In this document: in pieces, positions 56,165 through 64,000 of the stretch
Layout of the letters: each line of letters opens with the position of its first letter
Position numbering within the stretch: the stretch's first letter is position 1
The notes under the pieces: model-generated
The model's input: the letters and a program-made list of their open reading frames with translations, nothing else
What the model was told of the DNA's origin: nothing
Database searches by the model: none
From: Candidatus Limnocylindrales bacterium
Lineage (GTDB): Bacteria; Chloroflexota; Limnocylindria; Limnocylindrales; CSP1-4
DNA: 64,000 bases
Assembly (NCBI GenBank): GCA_035308445.1
Contig: DATGGQ010000039.1
Coordinates: forward strand, 16,875 to 80,874
Reading direction: 5' to 3'
Translations under genes and position numbers: made by a program

Positions 56165-57928
56165 GTGTCGAAACGCCTTGCGCCCCTGCTCCTCGCACTC
56201 GCCCTTGCCCTGCCGAGCTCGGCCGCGATCGGGGCGAAGCCCGCGGCGGCGAGCCCGACGTACGCCCAGCTCGTCGGCCAGAAGCTGATGGTGGCCATGA
56301 CCGGCACGACGCCGAGCGCGGCCCTCCTCGACCGCATCAAGCTCGGGCAGGTCGGCGGCGTGATCCTCTTCGGCACGAACATCACCGACGCGGCCCACCT
56401 CGCCGCCCTCACGGCGAAGCTCCGTGGCGCCGCCACGGCCGGCGGTCAGCCGCCGCTCCTCATCGCCACGGACCAGGAGGGTGGCTCGGTCAAACGGGTC
56501 CCGTGGGCTCCGCCGACCCTCACCGTCCCCCAGATGGGGACCCTCGGGAGCGCCTCGACGGCGACCTCGCAGGGCCGCGCCACGGCGACGATCCTCGGCT
56601 GCGCGGGCATCAACAACGACCTCGCGCCGGTCGCCGACGTCCCGGTCACGACGAGCTCGTTCATGTACCAGCAGGGCCGGACCTGGTCGTTCAGCGCGGC
56701 CACGACCACGACGCTCTCGGACGCGTTCGCGACGGGCCTGGAGGATGGCGGCGGCGTTCCGACCATGAAGCACTTCCCGGGCCTCGGCTACGCGGCCGCG
56801 AACACCGACTCGAACGTCGTGACGATCAGCGCCTCGACCTCGGCGCTTGCGCCCGGCCTGCAGCCCTACGAGGCGGCGATCGGTCACGGCATCCCGATGA
56901 TCATGCTGTCGAACGCGACCTACACCGCCTACGACAGCGCGAATGCCGCCGGCTGGTCGCACGCGATCTCGGTGGGCCTCCTCCGGACGACGCTCGGCTT
57001 CACCGGCGTCTCCATCACCGACTCGCTGACCGGGACTGCGGCCGCGCGCGGCGTCACGCCGACGTCCCTCGCCATCAGGGCCGCGATCGCCGGTACGGAC
57101 ATGATCCTGCTCACCGGCTCCGAGGCCTCGACGAGCGCCAGCTATTCGAGCCTGGTGACCGCGGCCACGAACGGCACGATCCCGCTCGCGACCCTGGAAG
57201 CCTCGTACACGCGCATCCTCGCCCTGAAGGCGACCCTGCAGGCGCCGACGGGGGACACCACCGCCCCGAGCCTCACGGCGCCAGTCTCGAACCCCTTCTC
57301 GGCATCGACGCTCGGGACGACGACCACCCCGATCCGCACGGCCTGGACCGGCTCGGACCCGTGCGGGATCTCCCGCTACACCGTCGAGCGCCGCGTCAAC
57401 GGCGGCGGTTGGGCCGTCCAGGCGCTCGCGAGCCCGGGCACGGCGCCATCGATCGTCCAGTCGCTGACCTTCGGCGACACCTATCGCTACGTCGTCAAGG
57501 CGACCGACGGAGCGGGCAACACGACGACGTGGCGCTACGGTCCGACGTTCGAGGCCCTGCTGACCCAGAACTCGAGCTCGGCGATCGCCTACGGGCCAGG
57601 CTGGCTGGCGGTCGGCAACAGCTACGCGTCGGGCGGGACGCTGGCCTACTCGACCGCGGGCGGCGCCTCGGCCACGTTCCACTTCACCGGCCGGGCGGTC
57701 AGCTGGGTCGCCATGCGCGGCCCGTCACGTGGCTCGGCCAAGGTCTACGTCGACGGCGTCTACCGGACGACCATCAACCTGTACGCGACGACGTTCGCGG
57801 CGAAGCAGATCCTGTTCGCGGCGACGTGGGCGTCGAACGGCAGCCACTCGATCACGATCGTGAACGCGGGTACGGCCGGTCATTCCCGCGTCGACATCGA
57901 CGCGTTCGTGCGCGTGGTGGACCTGTAG
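56165..57928 (+). CDS. Secreted glycoside hydrolase family 3 (NagZ-like beta-N-acetylhexosaminidase) with C-terminal Fn3-like and beta-sandwich domains
   Basis: ORF 56051..57928 trimmed to GTG 56165. Signal peptide KRLAPLLLALALALPSSAAIGA. GH3 motifs GGVILF, TDQEGGSV, KHFPGLG. C-terminal extension of about 220 aa. Confidence 0.85.
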   Translation: MSKRLAPLLLALALALPSSAAIGAKPAAASPTYAQLVGQKLMVAMTGTTPSAALLDRIKLGQVGGVILFGTNITDAAHLAALTAKLRGAATAGGQPPLLIATDQEGGSVKRVPWAPPTLTVPQMGTLGSASTATSQGRATATILGCAGINNDLAPVADVPVTTSSFMYQQGRTWSFSAATTTTLSDAFATGLEDGGGVPTMKHFPGLGYAAANTDSNVVTISASTSALAPGLQPYEAAIGHGIPMIMLSNATYTAYDSANAAGWSHAISVGLLRTTLGFTGVSITDSLTGTAAARGVTPTSLAIRAAIAGTDMILLTGSEASTSASYSSLVTAATNGTIPLATLEASYTRILALKATLQAPTGDTTAPSLTAPVSNPFSASTLGTTTTPIRTAWTGSDPCGISRYTVERRVNGGGWAVQALASPGTAPSIVQSLTFGDTYRYVVKATDGAGNTTTWRYGPTFEALLTQNSSSAIAYGPGWLAVGNSYASGGTLAYSTAGGASATFHFTGRAVSWVAMRGPSRGSAKVYVDGVYRTTINLYATTFAAKQILFAATWASNGSHSITIVNAGTAGHSRVDIDAFVRVVDL

Positions 57929-57934
57929 CGTCCG

Positions 57935-57957
57935 CGGCCGAGTGCCACACTCGGCCG
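57935..57957 (+). other. Perfect 10-bp hairpin abutting the next start codon
   Basis: CGGCCGAGTG (57935-57944) pairs with CACTCGGCCG (57948-57957) around a 3-nt loop. GTG 57958 follows directly. It begins 7 nt after the GH3 stop. Confidence 0.5.
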
Positions 57958-59058
57958 GTGTCCGACCTGACGTCCGTGGTCGCCGACCTGCCAGCCGCGC
58001 CGCCGGCAGCATCCGTCGAGGTCGCCGGTGCGTCGGCGCCCTTCCGGCCAGGGCCGGTGAGTCGCCTGCTGGCGTGGCTGGCCGGGCGCCCCGGAGCCGG
58101 ATTGGCCTTCGTCCTCGGCAGCTTCGTGGCCTTCCTCGTCTGGGGCACGGCCGTCGAATGGCTCTCCGGACGCATCCCGCCTGGCACGCTCGATCCGAAT
58201 CTCGTGCCCGGCCTCGGCTACGCACCCTACTCGCTCGGAGCGCTCATCCTGGGCCGCCGGATCGGCCTCCGGGCGCTCGACGACTTCTGGCCGGCGACCG
58301 GCTGGCCGGAGTCAGCCCGTCCGGAGTGGGCCTACCGGCTCGCGAACGCCCCGGCGCGCAGCGAGTGGGCGGCCCTGGCGATCGGATTCCTCGGCGGGGT
58401 GGCCGCGCTCGCGTCGGCCCCGCCCACGGTCCTGGGTCCCGAGCCGGGCCGCGTCTTCACATACATCGCCTTCATCCCGGGCTACTTCGCCGGATACACG
58501 ATCTCGGGGGTGGCGTTCCTGTGGGCCGCGCGCTGGATCTACCTCGTTGCCGGCATCCATCGCGGCGCGAGGGCGATCGATCCGTTCGACCGGACGCCGA
58601 TCTACGCGTTCTCCCGCCTGACCGTCTTCCTCGGGATCGCGTTCGTGTTCCTGGCGTACTACTCGTTCACGGTCAACGTGCAGAACCAGATCGGGAACGT
58701 GCCATCCCTGACGTTCATCGGCGCCACGATCGTGCTGGGAATCGTGACGTTCATCGCCCCGCTCTGGGGCATCCACGGCCGGCTCGTCACCGAGAAGGAC
58801 CGGCTCGCCCTGGACGTCGAGCGGCGGGTCAACCGGCTCGCGACCGAGATCTACGGCCGCATCGACGCCGGTTCGTTCGAGGCCACGACGCCGCTGAACG
58901 GGTCCCTGGCCGGCCTGATCACCCTCCGCGATCGCATCGCCCACCTGCCGACCTGGCCGTGGCCGCCGAACGTGCTGCGCGGCTTCCTCACCGCCCTGCT
59001 CCTGCCGATCGCGGTGTTCGTCGCCGGCCACGTGATCACCACGCTGATCGGGACCTGA
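57958..59058 (+). CDS. Hypothetical polytopic membrane protein
   Basis: ORF 55666..59058 trimmed to GTG 57958 (VSDLTSVVADL...). About 7 hydrophobic segments with a cytoplasmic coiled segment (TEKDRLALDVERRVNRLATEIYGR). Confidence 0.6.
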   Translation: MSDLTSVVADLPAAPPAASVEVAGASAPFRPGPVSRLLAWLAGRPGAGLAFVLGSFVAFLVWGTAVEWLSGRIPPGTLDPNLVPGLGYAPYSLGALILGRRIGLRALDDFWPATGWPESARPEWAYRLANAPARSEWAALAIGFLGGVAALASAPPTVLGPEPGRVFTYIAFIPGYFAGYTISGVAFLWAARWIYLVAGIHRGARAIDPFDRTPIYAFSRLTVFLGIAFVFLAYYSFTVNVQNQIGNVPSLTFIGATIVLGIVTFIAPLWGIHGRLVTEKDRLALDVERRVNRLATEIYGRIDAGSFEATTPLNGSLAGLITLRDRIAHLPTWPWPPNVLRGFLTALLLPIAVFVAGHVITTLIGT

Positions 59059-59079
59059 TCCGAGCCGTTCCGAACGGCG

Positions 59080-59784
59080 CTAGCCGAGGCGCCAGAACTC
59101 GCCGGTCAGCCCGAGCCGATCGAGGATCGCCTGGTTCTGCTCGCGGATGTGCGGCTGCCAGTCGGGTGACAGCCGGTCCGACCACCAGGCGTTCGCGAGC
59201 TCGGCGAGCTTCGTGATCGGGATCGTCGTGCCCGGAGACCGATCGCCGAGCCAGCGCTGGACGTGGGCTTCCGACCGGAAGACGAGCATCGTCGATCAGG
59301 TGAAGCCGATGTCCGACCACCACTGGGTCGCGGGGACGAGGATGTGGAAGACCGAGCCCGGATCGGTCGGCCGGCCGTCCCGGACATCCAGGTCGACGGG
59401 CTCATCGCAGTCGGCGCAGGTCGTGTGGATCGTCGAATCGACGTGGAGCGCTGCCCCGATCCCGAAGGCGTCCCAGCCGCAGTTCGCGAACCACCGCCGC
59501 CCGTCCGCCTCGACGACGAACGGCGTCTCGACCACCGAGAACGGGTTGAGCATCCGGATCCCGCCCGCTCCGTCGAGGACGAGCGCGTGGGCGTCGTGGA
59601 GCCGCCGCCACGCGGCCGGGACCGCTTCGGAGGCGATCCCGGTTAACGCAGCAACCTCGGCCGGGGTCGGCGCCTGGCCCAGCTGGACGAACAGCCGGTA
59701 GGTCGCTTGCCGGACGGCGAGGTCGTCGGGCGTCATCGGTCGGTCGTCAGGCTCGATCGAGCCAGGCACGCACTCCCGCGACAT
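59080..59784 (-). CDS. MerB-like alkylmercury (organomercurial) lyase family protein with in-frame TGA (candidate selenocysteine) at 59296-59298
   Basis: ORFs 59296..59784 and 59080..59289 are in one frame, separated only by TGA-TCG-ACG. NCGWDAFG matches MerB WC(96)ALD(99)TL. GFT-U-STMLVFRS matches MerB SFC(159)CHVHFFAS. A SECIS-like hairpin lies downstream. Alternative start at ATG 59736. Confidence 0.7.
59262..59298 (-). promoter_or_regulatory. Candidate bacterial SECIS element (recoding signal)
   Basis: The mRNA reads UGA-UCGACGAUGCUCG-U-CUUCC-GGUC-GGAAG-C. It forms a 5-bp stem (59268-59281 on the + strand) with a GGUC tetraloop starting 19 nt after the UGA, and a bulged U on the 5' side. 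The E. coli fdhF SECIS has a GGUC loop 18 nt after its UGA and a bulged U. Confidence 0.5.
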
Positions 59785-60220
59785 GCTCGTCGTGGAGATG
59801 GCCGGTGAAGTCGACCTCGATGAGCGGCGCGCCGACCCACTCGAGGGTCGTCATGAGCTGCTCGTCGGCGAGCAGGGAGAGCGCCCGGATCAGCCGATCG
59901 TAGGAGGCGTCGTAGTCGGCGACGAGCTGCGTCGGCGTCCGGCTCGCATGGTGCTCGTGGATCCAGTCGTTGATCCGATCGTCGTCATCGAGGCTCGTCG
60001 GCCACGGCGGCGCGGGTTCCGGCTCGCCGTTGGCGAACGCCTCGAGCCGAGCGATCGTCCGGTTGCGCCAGCCGACGAGGTGACCGGCCAGGTCGCCGAA
60101 GCTCCACGCCCCCATCGGCCCGGGCTCGGCGTAGCGGGCAGGCCCGACCTCGGCGGCGAGCGAGCGCCAGAACAGCTGATCGGCGCGGATGGCCGCGACC
60201 TGGGCGTCCCTGCTCTGCAT
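59747..60220 (-). CDS. DinB-family (DinB_2 / mycothiol maleylpyruvate isomerase N-terminal-like) protein
   Basis: ORF 59747..60220 with AGGAGGA 5 nt upstream. His triad context: GHLVGW...HH...HLHDEH. Confidence 0.8.
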   Translation of the reverse strand: MQSRDAQVAAIRADQLFWRSLAAEVGPARYAEPGPMGAWSFGDLAGHLVGWRNRTIARLEAFANGEPEPAPPWPTSLDDDDRINDWIHEHHASRTPTQLVADYDASYDRLIRALSLLADEQLMTTLEWVGAPLIEVDFTGHLHDEHVAGVRAWLDRA

Positions 60221-60269
60221 CGGGTCCTCCTGGTGACCGTTACGGTAGCCGACGGGCCGCCAGACGCTC

Positions 60270-60692
60270 TCAGGAACCGGCAGGCATGTCCGGGCTCGCG
60301 CGGTACTCGCTCAGCTCGAAGAGGTGGCCGTCGGGATCGCGCAGGAAGCAGCGGGTCTCCGAGCCGTGGGTGACCGGTGGTGTCAGGAACTCGCCGCCCC
60401 GAGCCCGGACGAGCTCGTACGTCGTCTGGCAATCGGACACCCGGATCGTGAAGAGGTTGTCGCGCCGATCCGGGTCCGCGGGCGGCGCGAGCGTCACGGT
60501 CGGCTTGTCGTCGGTCGGAGCGCCGGCCTCAACGAGCAGCAGCCACGCCCCACCGAAGCTGAGCACGACCGATGAGCCGTATTCCCGGTAGAGGTCGGCG
60601 CCGAGGACATCGAGGTACCAGCGCTTCGATCGAGCCGGATCCGCCACGACCAGGATGTGCGTCAGCACCGTGTCGGCCTCGGGGAAGGTCAT
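60270..60692 (-). CDS. VOC-family (glyoxalase/bleomycin-resistance/dioxygenase) protein
   Basis: ORF 60270..60692 with ACGGAGA 7 nt upstream. Has the paired beta-alpha-beta-beta-beta pattern and the FLRDPDGHLFEL motif. Confidence 0.85.
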   Translation of the reverse strand: MTFPEADTVLTHILVVADPARSKRWYLDVLGADLYREYGSSVVLSFGGAWLLLVEAGAPTDDKPTVTLAPPADPDRRDNLFTIRVSDCQTTYELVRARGGEFLTPPVTHGSETRCFLRDPDGHLFELSEYRASPDMPAGS

Positions 60693-60708
60693 CGGCAGAT
60701 CTCCGTCA

Positions 60709-61542
60709 TCAGCTGAACTTCAGCTCGCGCTCGAGCGTCCGGGGCGCGGGCCGCCGGCCGTCGACGTCGTCGATCTCGAGCTCGTTCGCCAGGGTGCCGA
60801 TGTCGAATGCCTGTCCCGTCCGGCCCATGACGTCGGGATCGGCGGCCAGGCGGGCGACGACGCGGCCATTGAACAGCGGCGTCCAGCCCTGGACCGCGTT
60901 CGGGAACAGCTCGGGATGGGCCAGGACCCCTTCGGTCTGGGTCAACCGCGGCCAGATCGAGACGACCGCCACGCCGTGGGGCCGGAGCTCCTGCGCCATC
61001 GCATGGGTCAGCATGTCCACGCCCGCCTTCACGACGTTGTACGAGACGTTGCCGGTGTACCGGATGGCACCGAGCGACGAGACGTTGACGATCAACCCGT
61101 GGCCCTGCGGGACCATGACCCGCGCGACCTGGCTGCTGGCCACGAAGGCCGATCGCAGCCCGACCCGATGCATGTCGTCCCAGTGGCTGATAGGTTGCTC
61201 CCAGAACGAGCCCTCGCTGGAGGGCCCGTACGGCGTGGCGTACTTCGTGGCGACGTTCACCAGCAGGTCGAGGGCGGGTTGCTCCGCGCGGACGCGCTCG
61301 AAGAGGGCGGCCGTGTCCGCGTCGTCGGCGTGGTCGCATCGAGCGGCGATGCCGGTACCGCCGAGGCGCGTGACCTCGGCCGCCGACGACGCGAGCGACC
61401 CGCCGAGATCGCCATCGCCGCCGATGAGGGTCCGGCCGGTCAGGTAGACGGTCCAGCCCGCTTCGCCGAGGCCCAGCGCGATGCCGCGCCCGACCCCACG
61501 GCTCGCGCCCGTGACGATGGCGACCCCGCGGCCGGTTGGCAT
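60709..61542 (-). CDS. SDR-family oxidoreductase
   Basis: ORF 60709..61881 trimmed to ATG 61542 (MPTGRGVAIVTGASRGVGRG, the TGxxxGxG motif). Catalytic YNVVK. Confidence 0.88.
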   Translation of the reverse strand: MPTGRGVAIVTGASRGVGRGIALGLGEAGWTVYLTGRTLIGGDGDLGGSLASSAAEVTRLGGTGIAARCDHADDADTAALFERVRAEQPALDLLVNVATKYATPYGPSSEGSFWEQPISHWDDMHRVGLRSAFVASSQVARVMVPQGHGLIVNVSSLGAIRYTGNVSYNVVKAGVDMLTHAMAQELRPHGVAVVSIWPRLTQTEGVLAHPELFPNAVQGWTPLFNGRVVARLAADPDVMGRTGQAFDIGTLANELEIDDVDGRRPAPRTLERELKFS

Positions 61543-61549
61543 GGCCGTG

Positions 61550-61555
61550 AGGCTA
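61550..61555 (-). promoter_or_regulatory. -10-like TAGCCT 7 nt before the SDR ATG (leaderless candidate)
   Basis: Minus strand reads gcgcTAGCCT-cacggcc-ATG(61542) with no SD. Confidence 0.4.
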
Positions 61556-61683
61556 GCGCGGCGGCGAGCTTGCGCTGGGACGGAATCCTCATCCGAGCCG
61601 GGACCTTCGACGGGCGGCGTCCGGGTCGGCACGTGCCGGACATTCGATGGCTCGGGGCAGGTGGCGAAGGGAGACCGAGTTCG

Positions 61684-61866
61684 GTGTTCGGCAGCAAGGG
61701 TCGCGACACCCGGAACGACGACGAGCGGCCGCACGCGTACAAGCCCGGCTTCGGGCATGCGAGCTACTGCCTGGCGCTGCTGCCGTCCGGCATCCACTGT
61801 GGCCGCAAGGAGATCGACCCGATCCACATCGTGGATCCGCGGAACCCGTTCCGCCATCGCGGCTGA
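61684..61866 (+). CDS. Candidate 60-aa His/Cys-containing small protein
   Basis: This is the tail of antisense-artefact ORF 60655..61866 and lies beyond the SDR gene. GAAGGGAG is followed by a 10-nt spacer and GTG 61684. The product is VFGSKGRDTRNDDERPHAYKPGFGHASYCLALLPSGIHCGRKEIDPIHIVDPRNPFRHRG. About 56 of 60 codons end in G or C, whereas the alternative frame (ORF 61647..61991) is Arg-rich with poor GC3. Confidence 0.4.
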   Translation: MFGSKGRDTRNDDERPHAYKPGFGHASYCLALLPSGIHCGRKEIDPIHIVDPRNPFRHRG

Positions 61867-61887
61867 CGCCGCGCTCACCATCGCCGG

Positions 61888-63177
61888 CTAGATCTCGAGG
61901 TTCTCCGAGACCGGCACCGCGGGCATCGCATGGGGCTGCGGCGGCGCGCCCGGCGCGAACGACGCCGCCCGCAGCGACTTCACCTGGCTGAAGACCGCGG
62001 CGATGGCGAGCATCGAGATGCCCATCACGAGCAGTGCGCCGGTGCCGCTGATCGTGTCGATCAGGTAGCCGCCGATCAACGAGCCGATCGGCATGAGCCC
62101 CAGGGCCATGACCCGGGCCGTGCTCGCGATCCGGCCGACGAGCGCGTCGGGCGAGTTCGCCGCGCGGGTGGCGATGTAGACGACGGCGAGGGCTGTCTCG
62201 CCGGCTCCGGAGATCGCGGCGAGGAAGACGAGGGCCGGCACCGAGGAGACGAACGCGGTGGCGGCGAGCGGCACCGCCATGACGACGACCGACGCGAGCA
62301 GGACGCGGGCGACGTTCGTCTGCTGCCCGAGACGCGCCGAGATCGCCGATCCGGCGACGCTGCCCACCCCGAGGCCGGTGAGCGTCAGGCCGAAGATCGC
62401 CGGGCTGTAGCCGAGGTCGTGGACGATCCGGAACGTCCACGCCGCGCCGATCGGGGTGAGGATCGCCGAGGTCGACGCGAACAGCAGGATCACCACCCGC
62501 AGGACCGGGTGTCGGAAGACGTAGACGACACCTTCACGGATGTCGTCGACGATCCGGGACGGCGGTCGATCCTTCGGCGCCTTCATCTCCCGGCGGATCA
62601 GGAACAGGCCCGCCGCGGAGACCGCGAACGACGCCGCGTCGACCGCGAGGGTCTCGCCCGGCCCGATGACCGTCACGAGCAGGCCGGCGACGGCCGGGCC
62701 GATGATGAACGTCGTCGAGTAGGCCGTCTCGAGGATGCCGTTGCCACGCGCGAGCTGCGATCGGCCGACGAGGTTCGGCATCGCGGCCAGGTAGCCGGCC
62801 CGGAAGAAGCCGCGCAGGATGGCCAGCGGCGCGGTGATCAGGAACACGACCGCGAGCGTGGGACCGTGCAGCAGCACGCTGATCGGGATCAACGCCGTCA
62901 GGACGGCCCGGCCGGCGTCGGCGAGCAGCATCATCCGCTTGCGATCGCCCCGATCGGCCATCGCCCCGGCGATCGTGCCCATGACGAAGTCGGCCCCGGT
63001 GTTGAGGGCCAGGATCGTGCCCATGACCAGGCCGGATCCCGTCAGGGCGTAGACGAGAAGCGGGAAGGCGGTCGTGCTGACCGAATCGCCGAGGACCGAA
63101 ACGCTCTGGCTGGCGAGCAGGGTCAGGAAGTCGCGGTTCCGGAGGAGCGGCTCGTCCGCCGGTGGCGCGCTCACCAC
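61888..63177 (-). CDS. MFS transporter (EntS/MFS_3-like efflux)
   Basis: ORF 61888..63177. 12 predicted TM segments. N-terminal RNRDFLTLLASQSVSVLGD and the loop motif MADRGDRKR. Confidence 0.88.
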   Translation of the reverse strand: MVSAPPADEPLLRNRDFLTLLASQSVSVLGDSVSTTAFPLLVYALTGSGLVMGTILALNTGADFVMGTIAGAMADRGDRKRMMLLADAGRAVLTALIPISVLLHGPTLAVVFLITAPLAILRGFFRAGYLAAMPNLVGRSQLARGNGILETAYSTTFIIGPAVAGLLVTVIGPGETLAVDAASFAVSAAGLFLIRREMKAPKDRPPSRIVDDIREGVVYVFRHPVLRVVILLFASTSAILTPIGAAWTFRIVHDLGYSPAIFGLTLTGLGVGSVAGSAISARLGQQTNVARVLLASVVVMAVPLAATAFVSSVPALVFLAAISGAGETALAVVYIATRAANSPDALVGRIASTARVMALGLMPIGSLIGGYLIDTISGTGALLVMGISMLAIAAVFSQVKSLRAASFAPGAPPQPHAMPAVPVSENLEI

Positions 63178-64000
63178 CGGCCGTCGCCGTCGCGGCCGGC
63201 CCCGATCGAGCGGTCGAGGAAGGCGAGCACGTCGGCCCGCTCGTCGATGAGCTTCGAGATCGGCTTGCCGACGCCGTGGCCGGCGTCGGTGTCGATCCGG
63301 ACGAGGATCGGCGCGTCACCCTGCTGGGCGTCCTGGAGCGTCGCCGCGAACTTCAGGGAGTGCCCCGGCACGACCCGGTCGTCGTGATCGCCCGTCGTGA
63401 TGAGCGTCGGCGGGTAGCGGTCCGGCCTGATGTTGTGGAGTGGCGAGTACGCCCGCAGCGTCGCGAAGGCCCCGGGATCCGACGGCGAGCCATAGTCGCT
63501 CGTCCAGCCCCAGCCGATCGTGAACTGGTTGAACCGGAGCATGTCCATCACGCCGACCTCGGCGATCGCCGCGCCGAACAGCTCCGGATGCTGGGTGATC
63601 GAGGCGCCGACGAGCAGCCCGCCGTTCGAGCGGCCGCTGATGCCGATCCGCGCCGCCGTCGTCCAGCCGGACGCGGCGAGCCATCGGGCGCAGGCCGCGA
63701 AGTCGTCGAACACGTTCTGCTTGTGCTCGAGCCGGCCGGCTTCGTACCACGCCCGGCCGTACTCGAGGCCACCCCGGAGCGACGCGACGGCCAGGAGGCC
63801 ACCACGTTCCATCCAGGCGAGCCATTCGGGCTTGAAGGTCGGGCCGACGGCGATCTGGAACCCGCCATAGCCGTAGAGCAGCGTCGGGATGTCGCCGGTG
63901 GCTTCCAGGTCGCGCCGATGCGACAGGAACAGCGGGACGGGCGTGCCGTCCGCCGATGTCGCGAACACCTGCTCGGTCACGAAGTCGGCCGGGTTCCAGG
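63171..64000 (-). CDS. Prolyl oligopeptidase family (S9A) serine peptidase, C-terminal catalytic domain (N-terminus outside window)
   Basis: ORF 63171..63980 stays open to the window edge. Catalytic GRSNGG (Ser), DHDDRV (Asp) and AGHG (His). Its stop overlaps the MFS start. Confidence 0.88.
   Translation of the reverse strand, partial: WNPADFVTEQVFATSADGTPVPLFLSHRRDLEATGDIPTLLYGYGGFQIAVGPTFKPEWLAWMERGGLLAVASLRGGLEYGRAWYEAGRLEHKQNVFDDFAACARWLAASGWTTAARIGISGRSNGGLLVGASITQHPELFGAAIAEVGVMDMLRFNQFTIGWGWTSDYGSPSDPGAFATLRAYSPLHNIRPDRYPPTLITTGDHDDRVVPGHSLKFAATLQDAQQGDAPILVRIDTDAGHGVGKPISKLIDERADVLAFLDRSIGAGRDGDGRW

Noticed and set aside
59289-59298. MerB-like gene as a simple pseudogene or sequencing error at the TGA
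   Set aside because: This is not excluded, but it is less favoured. Both halves retain gene-like codon usage and family motifs. The stop falls exactly on the catalytic Cys column. A GGUC-loop hairpin sits at the canonical SECIS distance. It is kept as a CDS with recoding, pending a check for Sec machinery.

Overview
Very GC-rich bacterial chromosomal segment (about 70% by eye, not computed) with roughly 60 protein genes and one tRNA. I found no rRNA, no CRISPR array, and no recognisable transposase, integrase or phage genes.

Positions 1-44.3 kb are a housekeeping core:
- tRNA-Val, then a T-box leader followed by thrS-infC-rpmI-rplT-pheS-pheT-cvpA-mpg-mutS2
- a class A PBP, tyrS, hisC, and an EF-G paralogue
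- yebC-ruvC-ruvA-ruvB-tgt, then recA-recX and rny
- ymdB, a PHP phosphoesterase, miaB and miaA, then a ycaQ-like gene and hflX

Positions 44.4-64 kb look more accessory:
- a CPBP protease, ANT(3'')-like and AAC(2')-like enzymes, and hydrolases
- a 1192-aa cyclase/STAND/TPR protein
- YaaA, PaiB, an M28 peptidase, and a secreted GH3 enzyme
- a MerB-like/DinB/VOC/SDR group, an MFS transporter, and a prolyl oligopeptidase

T-box-regulated thrS, RNase Y, YmdB, MutS2 and CvpA after pheST give Firmicutes/Chloroflexi-like synteny in an actinobacterial-like GC background. That suggests a deep-branching Terrabacteria lineage, which is inference only.

Most notable observations:
1. A MerB-like lyase is interrupted by one in-frame TGA at the catalytic-Cys position, followed by an fdhF-like SECIS hairpin. 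It is a candidate selenoprotein.
2. A tandemly duplicated, low-GC noncoding element of about 235 nt per unit lies between hflX and the CPBP gene. Its hairpins co-vary, and it carries DnaA-box-like and GTGCTTGCA boxes.
3. A -10-like TAnnnT hexamer sits 7-9 nt upstream of at least ten start codons that have no Shine-Dalgarno, implying leaderless mRNAs.
4. Several starts are non-canonical: ATC for infC, and homology running upstream of the first ATG/GTG/TTG in the mpg and proline-racemase-like genes.
5. Three plausible small ORFs fall below the 60-aa ORF-track cutoff or are hidden inside a longer spurious ORF.

Many long ORFs in the track are antisense or out-of-frame artefacts of high GC and were not called.
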